This document shows, in pieces, positions 7,841 to 16,099 of a stretch of DNA of 32,000 nucleotides. Source of the DNA: an uncultured Candidatus Micrarchaeota archaeon. GTDB lineage: Archaea; Micrarchaeota; Micrarchaeia; Micrarchaeales; Micrarchaeaceae. The DNA is taken from NCBI GenBank assembly GCA_963741095.1, contig CAVUGN010000011.1, positions 9,326-41,325 of the forward strand, given 5' to 3'. The translations under genes were made by a program, and so were the position numbers. Every line of letters begins with the position of its first letter. The first letter of the stretch is position 1. A model generated the notes under the pieces. The model had not been told where the DNA came from and did not search any database. It was given only the letters and a program-made list of their open reading frames with translations.

Positions 7841-9104
7841 AGAGATACGCCTTGACAATCTGAGCAAGATAGAGGGACACGGCAGTCTCGACATAAAGAT
7901 AGAGAACGACAAGGTAAAGTACGCAAGGCTTGAGATAACGGAAAGCAAGCGCTTCTACACCGAGGCGATACGCGGCAAGCCCGCGCTCTCGCTTCCGCTC
8001 ATGACCTCAAGGATATGCGGGACCTGCAGCATAGCGCACCTCACGTGCTGCTCCGAGGCTGTTGAGGATGCGATCGGCTACACCCCATCGGACCAAACCC
8101 TGCTGTTGAGGAAGCTGTCGATGTACGGCATGATGATACGCGACCATTCCCTGCATCTGTTCCTGTTCTGCCTGCCCGACCTTTTCAACAAGGATTCCGT
8201 GCTGGATTTCGACGAGTCGCAGAACGAGCTAATCCGAAGGGCGTTCGCGATCAAGAGCGCCGGAAACAACATGTCCAAGGCCATCGCGGGGCGCGCAGTC
8301 CATGCAACCTATGCTGAAGTTGGAAGGTTCTCGCACATACCCGCCAAAGAGGACGTCAAGAAAGTCGTGGACGAACTAAAATCGGTAAGGGGGTACGCGC
8401 TTGATTTCATAGGCCTCTTCTACAATTCCACATTCAAGATCGAGCGCGACACCAACTTCGCCGCGCTGGCAACCGAAGACTACTCATTCATTGGCGGAGA
8501 CGTGATTGACGGGAGCGGATACCACATAACCGAAAAACGGTATCGCGACTACCTGGAGAATATCGTCATACCCTACTCGGAGGCGATGGGCTACGACTTC
8601 GAGGGCAAGGAGTTCCTGACCGGGGCGCTTGCAAGGATGAACATAAACAGGGCGAACCTGCACGCAGACACGAAGACAGATGTTTCAAAGTTCCTGAACG
8701 TTTTCCCGTCGAAGAACGTGTACCACAACAACCTGGCGCAGGCGATAGAGATAGTGCACTGCATAGACCATTCAATAGAACTTCTAGAATCGAGCGAGTT
8801 CAAGGAGGAGCAGAACGCGACCCCTGTTGTAAAGGCAGGAGAGGGCATCGGCCTGATCGAGGCCCCAAGAGGCCTTTTGTACTACATGCTCTCGATAGAC
8901 GGCGCGGGCAAGGTGAAGTACGGCAACATAATAGTCCCGACGCAGCAGAACCAGATAGGCATGGAGAAGAGCATCATACAGATGGTGCAGGAGAACATGG
9001 ACAAGGACAGAAAGCAAATCGAGTACGAGATAGAGAAGCTGATAAGGGCCTACGACCCCTGCATGAGCTGCGCGAGCCACTTCCTCAAGATAAACTGGAA
9101 ATGA
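7827..9104 (+). CDS. [NiFe]-hydrogenase large (catalytic) subunit
   Basis: The N-terminal metal-site motif RICGTCSIAH and the C-terminal motif DPCMSCASH are followed by a short tail, FLKINWK. IEGHG lies near the N-terminus. Its 425 aa is typical of group 3 enzymes. Confidence 0.9.
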   Translation: MHRDEEIRLDNLSKIEGHGSLDIKIENDKVKYARLEITESKRFYTEAIRGKPALSLPLMTSRICGTCSIAHLTCCSEAVEDAIGYTPSDQTLLLRKLSMYGMMIRDHSLHLFLFCLPDLFNKDSVLDFDESQNELIRRAFAIKSAGNNMSKAIAGRAVHATYAEVGRFSHIPAKEDVKKVVDELKSVRGYALDFIGLFYNSTFKIERDTNFAALATEDYSFIGGDVIDGSGYHITEKRYRDYLENIVIPYSEAMGYDFEGKEFLTGALARMNINRANLHADTKTDVSKFLNVFPSKNVYHNNLAQAIEIVHCIDHSIELLESSEFKEEQNATPVVKAGEGIGLIEAPRGLLYYMLSIDGAGKVKYGNIIVPTQQNQIGMEKSIIQMVQENMDKDRKQIEYEIEKLIRAYDPCMSCASHFLKINWK

Positions 9105-9117
9105 TTAGAACTTATCC

Positions 9118-9133
9118 CCTTTGGAGTCAAAGG
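9118..9133 (+). terminator. Possible terminator hairpin after the hydrogenase genes
   Basis: Perfect 6-bp inverted repeat CCTTTG-gagt-CAAAGG, 14 nt after the stop codon and preceded by a T-containing pyrimidine run. Archaeal terminators are poorly defined. Confidence 0.25.
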
Positions 9134-9329
9134 TGTAAACGCTATCCAGAAATACAGAATCTCTAATGAAGCTTATTGGTCGAAGCCCAGCTGCGTCACC
9201 ACGCCGAGCCCTCTTCCCAACCTATACAATCCTCTCATATCCTCTCGAGCCAGCCATGCTAGAATGGCGAGATGAGCCAGTGTCGGAACATTTTAATAAA
9301 CTGCTTGAGATACACAAGGGGCTGGTGGG

Positions 9330-10556
9330 ATGAAGAATGTCGGTAAAATAGTGGTCGGCATATTCGTATTGGCTGTTCTGGCTGCGATTGGGTTTTTGTA
9401 CCTGCACACCGGTTCATCAAGTGCAAATACCATCAACTACCAACCGATATTCCTTACGGATCCACCCTCGGTCCCTGCAGAAACTAGCGCGCTCATAATA
9501 AATTATTCCTTGTTAGAAGTGAATATCAACGGGTCGGCTGGTTCAGGATTGGTTATGGCGCCCAACGGAAGCGGTTCCATCAACCTGCTTGCGGCAACAA
9601 ACTCCAGCCAACTTATGGGGGTAGCAGTCGTGCCTGCGGCAATGAAAAATGCAACAATAAATGAGGTGCGCTTTAGTATTTTCTCGGCTTCAATAACCAT
9701 CAATGGAACCACAACTAACGTGATCGTGCCTAATCGCGATTTCACGGTGTACATAGTCGGCCGGAACAAGCTTAATTCGACCACTGGCGTGATCATTGAC
9801 TTCTCACCAACGATTATCACCATATACGGCAACTCTTCGACCGAATTCGCGCTTGTCCCTTCAGCAAGGGGCATTGTGGTGGCAAATGCCACATTGCACG
9901 CGCATGTGAACTCACGGATCGGAGAGAAAGTCGATCTAGACAATCTGGAAAGGGCAAGGATCGATAGCATTCGTCCTAATATAACCATAACGTCGGCATC
10001 GCTATCAACGCTTGGAAATTCTACTAGCCTTAGCATTACGGTGAAGGACAACTCCAACCAGAGCGTCATGTTGCATAACCTGATTGTGTTTGGCAATGAG
10101 AGCGTGCATACAATACCTTTCAATGAATTCAATTCAATCGTAAGGGGGCGATTCGGCTTGGGCATAGGCGGCTCAGAAGTTTTTGGAATGGGTGGCATCG
10201 GAACCTGGCAAAATGAGTCTACCAACACGACCCCGCATAACAATTTCGAAGTTCAAGGCGCACTCAGCGTTGGCATCGTTTCGCAGTCATTGAAAGTGCT
10301 GAACTTCCTTATCGCGGACAACGGAACCTTGGTCCTGCCGCGCACTAGAATAGGGGTGGACAACATCCTCCAGCAAAACAACGGACTCGGCGGATACAAT
10401 CTAAACTCCGGCTCCAGCACGACCTTCACCTTCAACGGTCCGATATCCTATGGCTTCGGGCACGTTACCATCGAATCGGTGGCTGGTGACACTTATCGAC
10501 TAGTTGTCTCAGGCGAGGAAGGAGCACGCGCGACCGCAAACCTGATTGCGACTTGA
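9330..10556 (+). CDS. Membrane-anchored extracellular glycoprotein (DUF4382-like pattern)
   Basis: N-terminal signal/anchor (IVVGIFVLAVLAAIGFLYL), then FLTDPP...LIINYSLLEVNING...INLL...VRFSI...ITINGTTTNVIVP, which resembles the DUF4382 layout. It has more than a dozen N-x-S/T sequons. Confidence 0.45.
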   Translation: MKNVGKIVVGIFVLAVLAAIGFLYLHTGSSSANTINYQPIFLTDPPSVPAETSALIINYSLLEVNINGSAGSGLVMAPNGSGSINLLAATNSSQLMGVAVVPAAMKNATINEVRFSIFSASITINGTTTNVIVPNRDFTVYIVGRNKLNSTTGVIIDFSPTIITIYGNSSTEFALVPSARGIVVANATLHAHVNSRIGEKVDLDNLERARIDSIRPNITITSASLSTLGNSTSLSITVKDNSNQSVMLHNLIVFGNESVHTIPFNEFNSIVRGRFGLGIGGSEVFGMGGIGTWQNESTNTTPHNNFEVQGALSVGIVSQSLKVLNFLIADNGTLVLPRTRIGVDNILQQNNGLGGYNLNSGSSTTFTFNGPISYGFGHVTIESVAGDTYRLVVSGEEGARATANLIAT

Positions 10557-10596
10557 TTCCACCCAAACTGCTTGACCTGTCAAATCCCTAATCAAA

Positions 10597-12051
10597 CTAA
10601 TTGCAAGTGTAGTTTTTAGGGAACGCTATATAGAAGTTCGTAAAGTTTACCGTCCTTGTCACATTATTGAAGTTTATTGGGGAATTGTTTGAGCCCATGT
10701 CCGTAAAGAATACGATCGGGTAATGCTCTATGCTTGAATTGTAATAGTAAGGCGAATGGGCCTTTATGCCAGCATAAATCAGATACACCCAATCATTCGA
10801 TACGACATCACAACCGCCAAGCCCTTGCGAGGCAAGACTGTTGGCCACCGTTTTATAGATGGGATTTGTGGAGCCGTAAGCCCCAAAACCATGGTCTGTG
10901 TACAGAGAATTATATGCATAAACCAGCATGCCAACCGTGATAAGAAACAACAAGACTGCAAGATATGCGTGTAAGTCTTTACCGAAGGGCAATCCCACCT
11001 TAATGTCCGATAGATCGGTGATGGCTATAATCAGAGCCAAAGCAATTCCCAAGTATACCAGATAAGCCTCTCTAGGCAAATCGTTGATGGAACCGGAAAC
11101 TGCAGTCAAAAGCCAGCCAAACGAACCGACAAGAAGCGAAGCAAAGACAACCTTATACCTATAATTAATCTTTATCCTGTTTGTTATACCATCCTTCTTT
11201 TTATTGTACAGATGCCTGGCTAACAGAGCAATCATAAAAATCAGAAAAGCCGGCAGTAGATAGGGCAAAACCAATTTCAACGACTCTACGATTATGGAAA
11301 TAGAGAAAAGCCCCTGGGCGTCTCCAGAGAACGAGTTTATGGATGTCAAATAGCTCCATACGGGATTGTGAAAGGTTATGGTGTTGAAAATCAACCATGG
11401 CAGTGTGATCATCATGAACGCGACAAACGCCTTTTTCCTTACCTTATCGGGCATCACCAGGAGCAACAACAGAAATATCAGCGAATCGTATTTCGCCAAG
11501 CCCGCGATTGCCAAGAAAATTCCTGACTCCCATCTTTTTTTGAATACAAGTCCTATAAAGACGAGTAGAAAACTCATGGATACAATTTCTGCACCGTTCA
11601 ACATCAAGAAGAAGAATATCACACACGGCGTAAAGAATAACAAAGTAATCAAAAGTGGATCAGTCTTGGTACTTTTCGACAGATAAAGAAGGGACGCTAA
11701 AAGCAGAAGAAGCGCAAACGTTAGATAAAGGGGTACGCCGATGCCAGTGCCCAATGCCATAAACGGTAGCATCAGAACGCCTATCAAAGGGGGCCTAAGA
11801 GTTTCGAAATAAAATGAATTTTCATAGCTTATGGCATTACCAAGGTTCCCATTAAAAAACGCAGAATAAAATTTTGCGGTAAGCAAGGATTTAGCGTAGA
11901 GCACCTCCGCAACAAAATCCCACCGTATCCCGCCAATTCTGTATGCGGCAAGAACAATTGTCAAAGCGAACGCAAATATCACAAAGATTAGCACTATAGA
12001 TAAAACAGAGATTACCTGTTTTTTGCGATTTGACACGATACCCTCCCTCAA
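10597..12051 (-). CDS. Polytopic membrane protein, GT-C-type glycosyltransferase-like (PMT_2/ArnT-like)
   Basis: It has more than 10 hydrophobic segments. The first loop contains ETLRPPLIGVLMLPFMALG, resembling the HPPL motif of GT39/GT83-like enzymes. A C-terminal soluble tail is present. Its start overlaps the stop of the endopeptidase gene by 4 nt. Confidence 0.5.
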   Translation of the reverse strand: MREGIVSNRKKQVISVLSIVLIFVIFAFALTIVLAAYRIGGIRWDFVAEVLYAKSLLTAKFYSAFFNGNLGNAISYENSFYFETLRPPLIGVLMLPFMALGTGIGVPLYLTFALLLLLASLLYLSKSTKTDPLLITLLFFTPCVIFFFLMLNGAEIVSMSFLLVFIGLVFKKRWESGIFLAIAGLAKYDSLIFLLLLLVMPDKVRKKAFVAFMMITLPWLIFNTITFHNPVWSYLTSINSFSGDAQGLFSISIIVESLKLVLPYLLPAFLIFMIALLARHLYNKKKDGITNRIKINYRYKVVFASLLVGSFGWLLTAVSGSINDLPREAYLVYLGIALALIIAITDLSDIKVGLPFGKDLHAYLAVLLFLITVGMLVYAYNSLYTDHGFGAYGSTNPIYKTVANSLASQGLGGCDVVSNDWVYLIYAGIKAHSPYYYNSSIEHYPIVFFTDMGSNNSPINFNNVTRTVNFTNFYIAFPKNYTCN

Positions 12052-12470
12052 GACAAATTGGCGGAGATAGCCTCCTTGAGCTGCTTCAGGGCCTCCCTCT
12101 CACCCATCCTCATTGGCACCCCGAATATCATTACGCTGTCAAGCAATTTCAGCTTCTTGAGGAGCTTGAGGCTGTAACCCAAATCGAAATCGTGCATCGT
12201 GTAGACCTTCTGGGTCTTTATCGCATCTATCTCCTTTATCAAGACGACCTTGTCAATGCCCTCAACGCTGTCTATTATCACGAGATCCCTGCCCTCCTTC
12301 TCGAGGTTCTCGTTCGGATCGAACTCCTTGAACTCGATGTCCTTGAATTCTTGCCTCAGCCTTCCAATCAATTTCAGAGGCAGACTGTCCTTTTCGACCA
12401 TCGGGTTCCCGAAAACTAGCACCTTGCGGTTTTTCAGTTCACCACTCTTGTCCTTGCTGATTTTGGGCAA
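12048..12470 (-). CDS. Hydrogenase maturation endopeptidase (HycI/HybD/FrhD family)
   Basis: VLVFGNPMVEKDSLPLKL (GN..x..D motif), VIIDSVEG and MHDFDL provide the acidic/Asp/His metal ligands in the family order. Size ~140 aa. Confidence 0.75.
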   Translation of the reverse strand: MPKISKDKSGELKNRKVLVFGNPMVEKDSLPLKLIGRLRQEFKDIEFKEFDPNENLEKEGRDLVIIDSVEGIDKVVLIKEIDAIKTQKVYTMHDFDLGYSLKLLKKLKLLDSVMIFGVPMRMGEREALKQLKEAISANLS

Positions 12471-13006
12471 TCCCCTTTGGCAGCCAGATCGGCTGCCCTT
12501 ATCTCATTCATTCTGTTGGCGATAGAGTCCGATATCCGCTCAACTGCAAATCCGGAATGGACCGCGACATTGTCGCCTTCCTTCAAGCCCCTGGCGAAGT
12601 CGGTTCTGCATCTTTTTACACCGATTGGCGTACTGACCAACGCGGAATTGGCTTTAATTTCGACAACCTTGCCCGCATAAGTCTTGCATTCGACAGGGTC
12701 GAAATCCTTCCTGATCTTGAACTGCTCATCGACCGCCTTGTTGTGCTCCATCAGGAAATACTGCCTTATCACATCCGCGTCTATCGTTTTCTTGCCCGAT
12801 TTCATCGCTATGATCGTGCACATCGCAATTCCGACCTTGAATATGTTCTCCGCGCCCTCTTCAGGAAGCCTATCCTCGGACACGAGCTTCATGAGGCTGT
12901 CGATGCGTTCCTGTGTAGTAATCCTATTGTTGATGAGATCGTTCGAGCAGGGCAGCGCGTACTTCAGGAACAGCAACCGGCTATCCTCATCTATCTGCAT
13001 CCGCAC
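12434..13006 (-). CDS. HypC/HupF-domain protein with ~105-aa N-terminal extension
   Basis: The C-terminal part, ECKTYAGKVVEIKANSALVSTPIGVKRCRTDFARGLKEGDNVAVHSGFAVERIS, matches the HypC OB-fold, including the VHxGFA motif. The N-terminal 105 aa are unassigned. Confidence 0.6.
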   Translation of the reverse strand: MRMQIDEDSRLLFLKYALPCSNDLINNRITTQERIDSLMKLVSEDRLPEEGAENIFKVGIAMCTIIAMKSGKKTIDADVIRQYFLMEHNKAVDEQFKIRKDFDPVECKTYAGKVVEIKANSALVSTPIGVKRCRTDFARGLKEGDNVAVHSGFAVERISDSIANRMNEIRAADLAAKGDCPKSARTRVVN

Positions 13007-13194
13007 CCTCCCATCATCTCTTCAGCTTCGTCCTTATCCATCTTCTCTATCGCAATACCTGCTGAAAAGAGCACGTAATCTCCTTTCTCGACCTTGACGA
13101 GCTTTGCGTCGAGCGTCTTCTTTTCCCCGTTGTATTCGATGGTTATGCTGCCCTTGCCAACGCTTGTCACCCTACCAACGGTTGCTTGGCACAT
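12991..13194 (-). CDS. hypC: Hydrogenase assembly chaperone HypC
   Basis: It starts with Met-Cys (MCQATVGRVTSV...) and carries GDYVLFSAGIAIEKMDKDEAEE. At 67 aa it has the classic HypC size and layout. Confidence 0.8.
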   Translation of the reverse strand: MCQATVGRVTSVGKGSITIEYNGEKKTLDAKLVKVEKGDYVLFSAGIAIEKMDKDEAEEMMGGCGCR

Positions 13195-13204
13195 TTTGGC
13201 ACCA

Positions 13205-14053
13205 TCAATTAGCAGACCTGACCCTGCTTTGTGAGAGCTCGGTTACAACAACTCCGGGTATAATCCTATTCAAGGCGTTGAGGTCCGCGAAGCCTTTCGA
13301 CACTATCACGCTGCACTTGAGTTCGTCCACCGCTATTTTTATGTCCTTTTTGACCTCATTTATGTTTTTGTAATACTGTATGATGTACGTGTTCTTCAGA
13401 TCTAGATTGTATTTTTTTGCCAGCGCGTTGTAATCGCTTACGGTCTCGTTGGTCACGAAGACAAAGTGCTTCTCGTCGTGCTCTGCGTGGGCCGGTTTGG
13501 CCTCCTTCTCCTCCCCATCGTCTTTCAACGCCACAACTGGCTTTACGGATATCCTTCTATCCTTCAGTCTTTCCCCGAATTCCGGATCCTCCTTTTTTAG
13601 AATTTCAATGATATCCTCTATCATCTTGACCTGCGCCCTGGGGTTTTCGACCTCTTCCAGCTCCTTCCTGTCCTTCGCTTTCCTAGCTATCCCTATGAGC
13701 TTCAGGAAGCCTTCGCCATAAGCCTTCAAAAGCCTCGCATCGCCATGCTCGTCATGAAACATCGAGAAAAGTATGTTCATCCCTCCGCACTTCTTGCCGT
13801 GACCAAGGGACACTACCAATTCGATGTTAGGATTCTCTACAAGCATCTGCTTCAGACCGCCTTCAAACCGCTCGACGTCCCCGCCGGCGTTGCCGATCAC
13901 CATAACTTCGCCGCTGTCATATTTTTCGAGCAATTTCTTCATGTCCTTATTCTGCCACATCTCTTCGTTCAGCCTCCGGTCCATGCACCTTATAACCACT
14001 ACTTTTATCTTTGATGATGACCTCTCTTCCATTGCCATTAAATCACCAGACAA
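13205..14053 (-). CDS. Beta-carbonic-anhydrase-like domain protein with C-terminal extension
   Basis: The ordered motifs VVIRCMDRRL (CxDxR), VIGNAGGDV (xNAG) and SLGHGKKCGGM (H-x3-C-G; canonical is H-x2-C-G) lie in the first ~95 aa. They are followed by an acidic/Lys-rich linker and a ~100-aa unassigned domain. It is the first gene of the hyp-like operon. Confidence 0.45.
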   Translation of the reverse strand: MSGDLMAMEERSSSKIKVVVIRCMDRRLNEEMWQNKDMKKLLEKYDSGEVMVIGNAGGDVERFEGGLKQMLVENPNIELVVSLGHGKKCGGMNILFSMFHDEHGDARLLKAYGEGFLKLIGIARKAKDRKELEEVENPRAQVKMIEDIIEILKKEDPEFGERLKDRRISVKPVVALKDDGEEKEAKPAHAEHDEKHFVFVTNETVSDYNALAKKYNLDLKNTYIIQYYKNINEVKKDIKIAVDELKCSVIVSKGFADLNALNRIIPGVVVTELSQSRVRSAN

Positions 14054-14151
14054 CTATTGGGAATTTAATTATTTATGCGTTGCCATCGTGCAATCATGTC
14101 AAAAAAGCGCCGAATAACAAAGAACCTCCAAAATGAGCGGGTATTTAAGCA

Positions 14152-14388
14152 GTGGCGGAACATTATTATAAAAAGGTGGAAAACATGGAGAATTGGAGAA
14201 AAAACATCCTGGCACATCATTTGGATACGGCGCTCATACTGCTTGAGTTAGTTCTGAGCGTGATATTCATTTCACTGGGATACGCCATAGGAAACATGTA
14301 CTTCAGGGGAGTTGGGGTTGGATTGATAATCGCTTGGGTGACGAGCGCAATAGCCTACCTATACAAAAAGAAAATGATAAAATCATGA
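14152..14388 (+). CDS. Small two-TM membrane protein
   Basis: Two hydrophobic stretches (ALILLELVLSVIFISLGYAIG, GVGLIIAWVTSAIAYL). The start is either GTG 14152 or ATG 14185. No homology recognised. Confidence 0.35.
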   Translation: MAEHYYKKVENMENWRKNILAHHLDTALILLELVLSVIFISLGYAIGNMYFRGVGVGLIIAWVTSAIAYLYKKKMIKS

Positions 14389-14473
14389 GCAACGAGGCGC
14401 GTATGGCATCGCATTTCCGTCTAAAGGCAGGAATTTCTCTGACATCGACACGGCGAACATCTGGCCAAGGCGC

Positions 14474-15097
14474 TTACTGAAGATGGGCGTAATCGTTGAA
14501 GGTGACCAGCTTTATGAAGCCGGTCTCATCCATCATCAATTCGGTGATTCCGGTGTTCATAGTCCTGAAAAACCTTGTGGTTTTGCGAAGCTCGCCAATA
14601 GTAACCTCCTCTCCAAATAGGCATACCCCCAACAGCACGCCGATGAACGCGCCGTGCGTTACGACCAACATCGATTCTTCCTTTCTTGATCTCATGTAAG
14701 TCAAAAACTTCTTCGCCCTTCCCATCACCTCAGATACGTTTTCCGCATCGGAATAGTGCCACTCGGTGTTATTGGCGTTCTTGTAAATAGTGTCCCACAT
14801 CTCTGATCTTTTTTTACTGCTCAATTTTATTCCAAACGTTTTCGAAGGCAATCTCCATTCCCCGATCAACTCCTTGTAGACAATCCGTTTCCCGATGACC
14901 CTGTTCATTATCCTGGCGGTCTGCATGGCGCGTTTGTACCTGCTGCAAAACACCACATCGATATCCATTCCTTCGAATCTTTTGGCTATGGTCTCGGCCT
15001 GTTTAATGCCATTGTCTGAGAGCTCTACTTCCTTGCCGCCATTGGCATTTATGACATTTGCTTTGCTCTCCGCATGCCTTACAAGGAAAATTCTCAT
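14474..15097 (-). CDS. Histidine phosphatase family protein (phosphoglycerate mutase-like)
   Basis: It has the N-terminal catalytic motif MRIFLVRHAESKAN (RHG-type) and a downstream VVTHGAF (second His). It overlaps the upstream gene by 4 nt. Confidence 0.8.
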   Translation of the reverse strand: MRIFLVRHAESKANVINANGGKEVELSDNGIKQAETIAKRFEGMDIDVVFCSRYKRAMQTARIMNRVIGKRIVYKELIGEWRLPSKTFGIKLSSKKRSEMWDTIYKNANNTEWHYSDAENVSEVMGRAKKFLTYMRSRKEESMLVVTHGAFIGVLLGVCLFGEEVTIGELRKTTRFFRTMNTGITELMMDETGFIKLVTFNDYAHLQ

Positions 15098-16050
15098 GGG
15101 GTAACACCCATTTTGACGTATTCGGAGAAGTCATGCGCATCGTAGCCTTTTTTGCAGAGGTTCTGGACGAACCTTTCGCAGTTGCTGCCGTACGCAAACA
15201 CCCTCTTCGCCTTTGCCGCCTCTATGTAATCGACGCTCTGTGAGAAGTCCGCATGGTCGCTTAGCCCGAACTGCGCGTCGGTCCTGAACCTGAACACGTT
15301 CGCAAAGCCGGTCGCGACCGCCGTGAACACGGTCTTGTTGTGCGCCACGGACAGCTCGTGCGCCAGGACATCTACGTCCCGCCGCTCCGTTATGCCCACG
15401 AAATCCCCGTTCATCATCTCCTTGAAATCGCCATCCGCTCCGAAAGCCGGCGCATAGTCGAGCTCGACCCCGTTCTTCTGGTAGACTCCATTCACCCCGT
15501 GTATCTTCCTGCTCACAAGCGGCTTGATACCCGCATCGTTCAAGAGCGCGATCAGCTCCTGCGACTTCCCCATAGCGTAGGCACTGAACAGCACAATACC
15601 GTGCTTCAACTTTTCTCCGGTCCAATCCTGCATCTGTGCTCCAACCTCATACTTGTCCTGGAACACCACGCCCGGATCCGGATAAACCGAGGTCATTATC
15701 ACGCAGTCGGCTTCGACGACCTCTATGGGCTTCGTCGTCTTGGACTTCTGCATCTGGAAATCTCCCGTGTAGACCACCCTCTCGTTCGTATCGGCAAGGT
15801 CCATGCACAGCTGCTTGGCGCCCAGCATGTGGCCCGATTCCAACAATCTCATGTCCGTGTTCTCCGTCACGCTTCCTATGTCCAGGTTGTAAACCTGCTT
15901 CATCAGCTGTACGGTCTGGTCGCTGGCGAGCACGTGCTTCGAAGATTTTGCGGCGGAGGTGTGGTCGCTGTGCGCGTGCGATATAAAGTCAATGTCCGAT
16001 CCGCGCTCGCGCTTGTCAAGCGATACTTTGAGGCCGTTAACTGAGAGCAT
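15094..16050 (-). CDS. Metallo-beta-lactamase-fold / beta-CASP-like nuclease (ligase-associated-exonuclease-like)
   Basis: ISHAHSDHT (HxHxDH), ESGHMLGA, YTGDF, AYAMGKSQEL and a late GLSDHADF motif. At ~320 aa the layout resembles the short beta-CASP exonucleases. Confidence 0.7.
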   Translation of the reverse strand: MLSVNGLKVSLDKRERGSDIDFISHAHSDHTSAAKSSKHVLASDQTVQLMKQVYNLDIGSVTENTDMRLLESGHMLGAKQLCMDLADTNERVVYTGDFQMQKSKTTKPIEVVEADCVIMTSVYPDPGVVFQDKYEVGAQMQDWTGEKLKHGIVLFSAYAMGKSQELIALLNDAGIKPLVSRKIHGVNGVYQKNGVELDYAPAFGADGDFKEMMNGDFVGITERRDVDVLAHELSVAHNKTVFTAVATGFANVFRFRTDAQFGLSDHADFSQSVDYIEAAKAKRVFAYGSNCERFVQNLCKKGYDAHDFSEYVKMGVTP

Positions 16051-16099
16051 CGGGTCGCCGGCAGATATCCTCTGGCAAAATATTAATTACTTGCCCAAG

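Noticed and set aside
9105-9329. 225-nt gap after the hydrogenase genes, checked for a small RNA or small ORF (for example the 37-codon ATG at 9167)
   Set aside because: Apart from the 6-bp hairpin at 9118-9133, I see no conserved or repeated structure and no convincing coding signal. There is not enough evidence to call anything.
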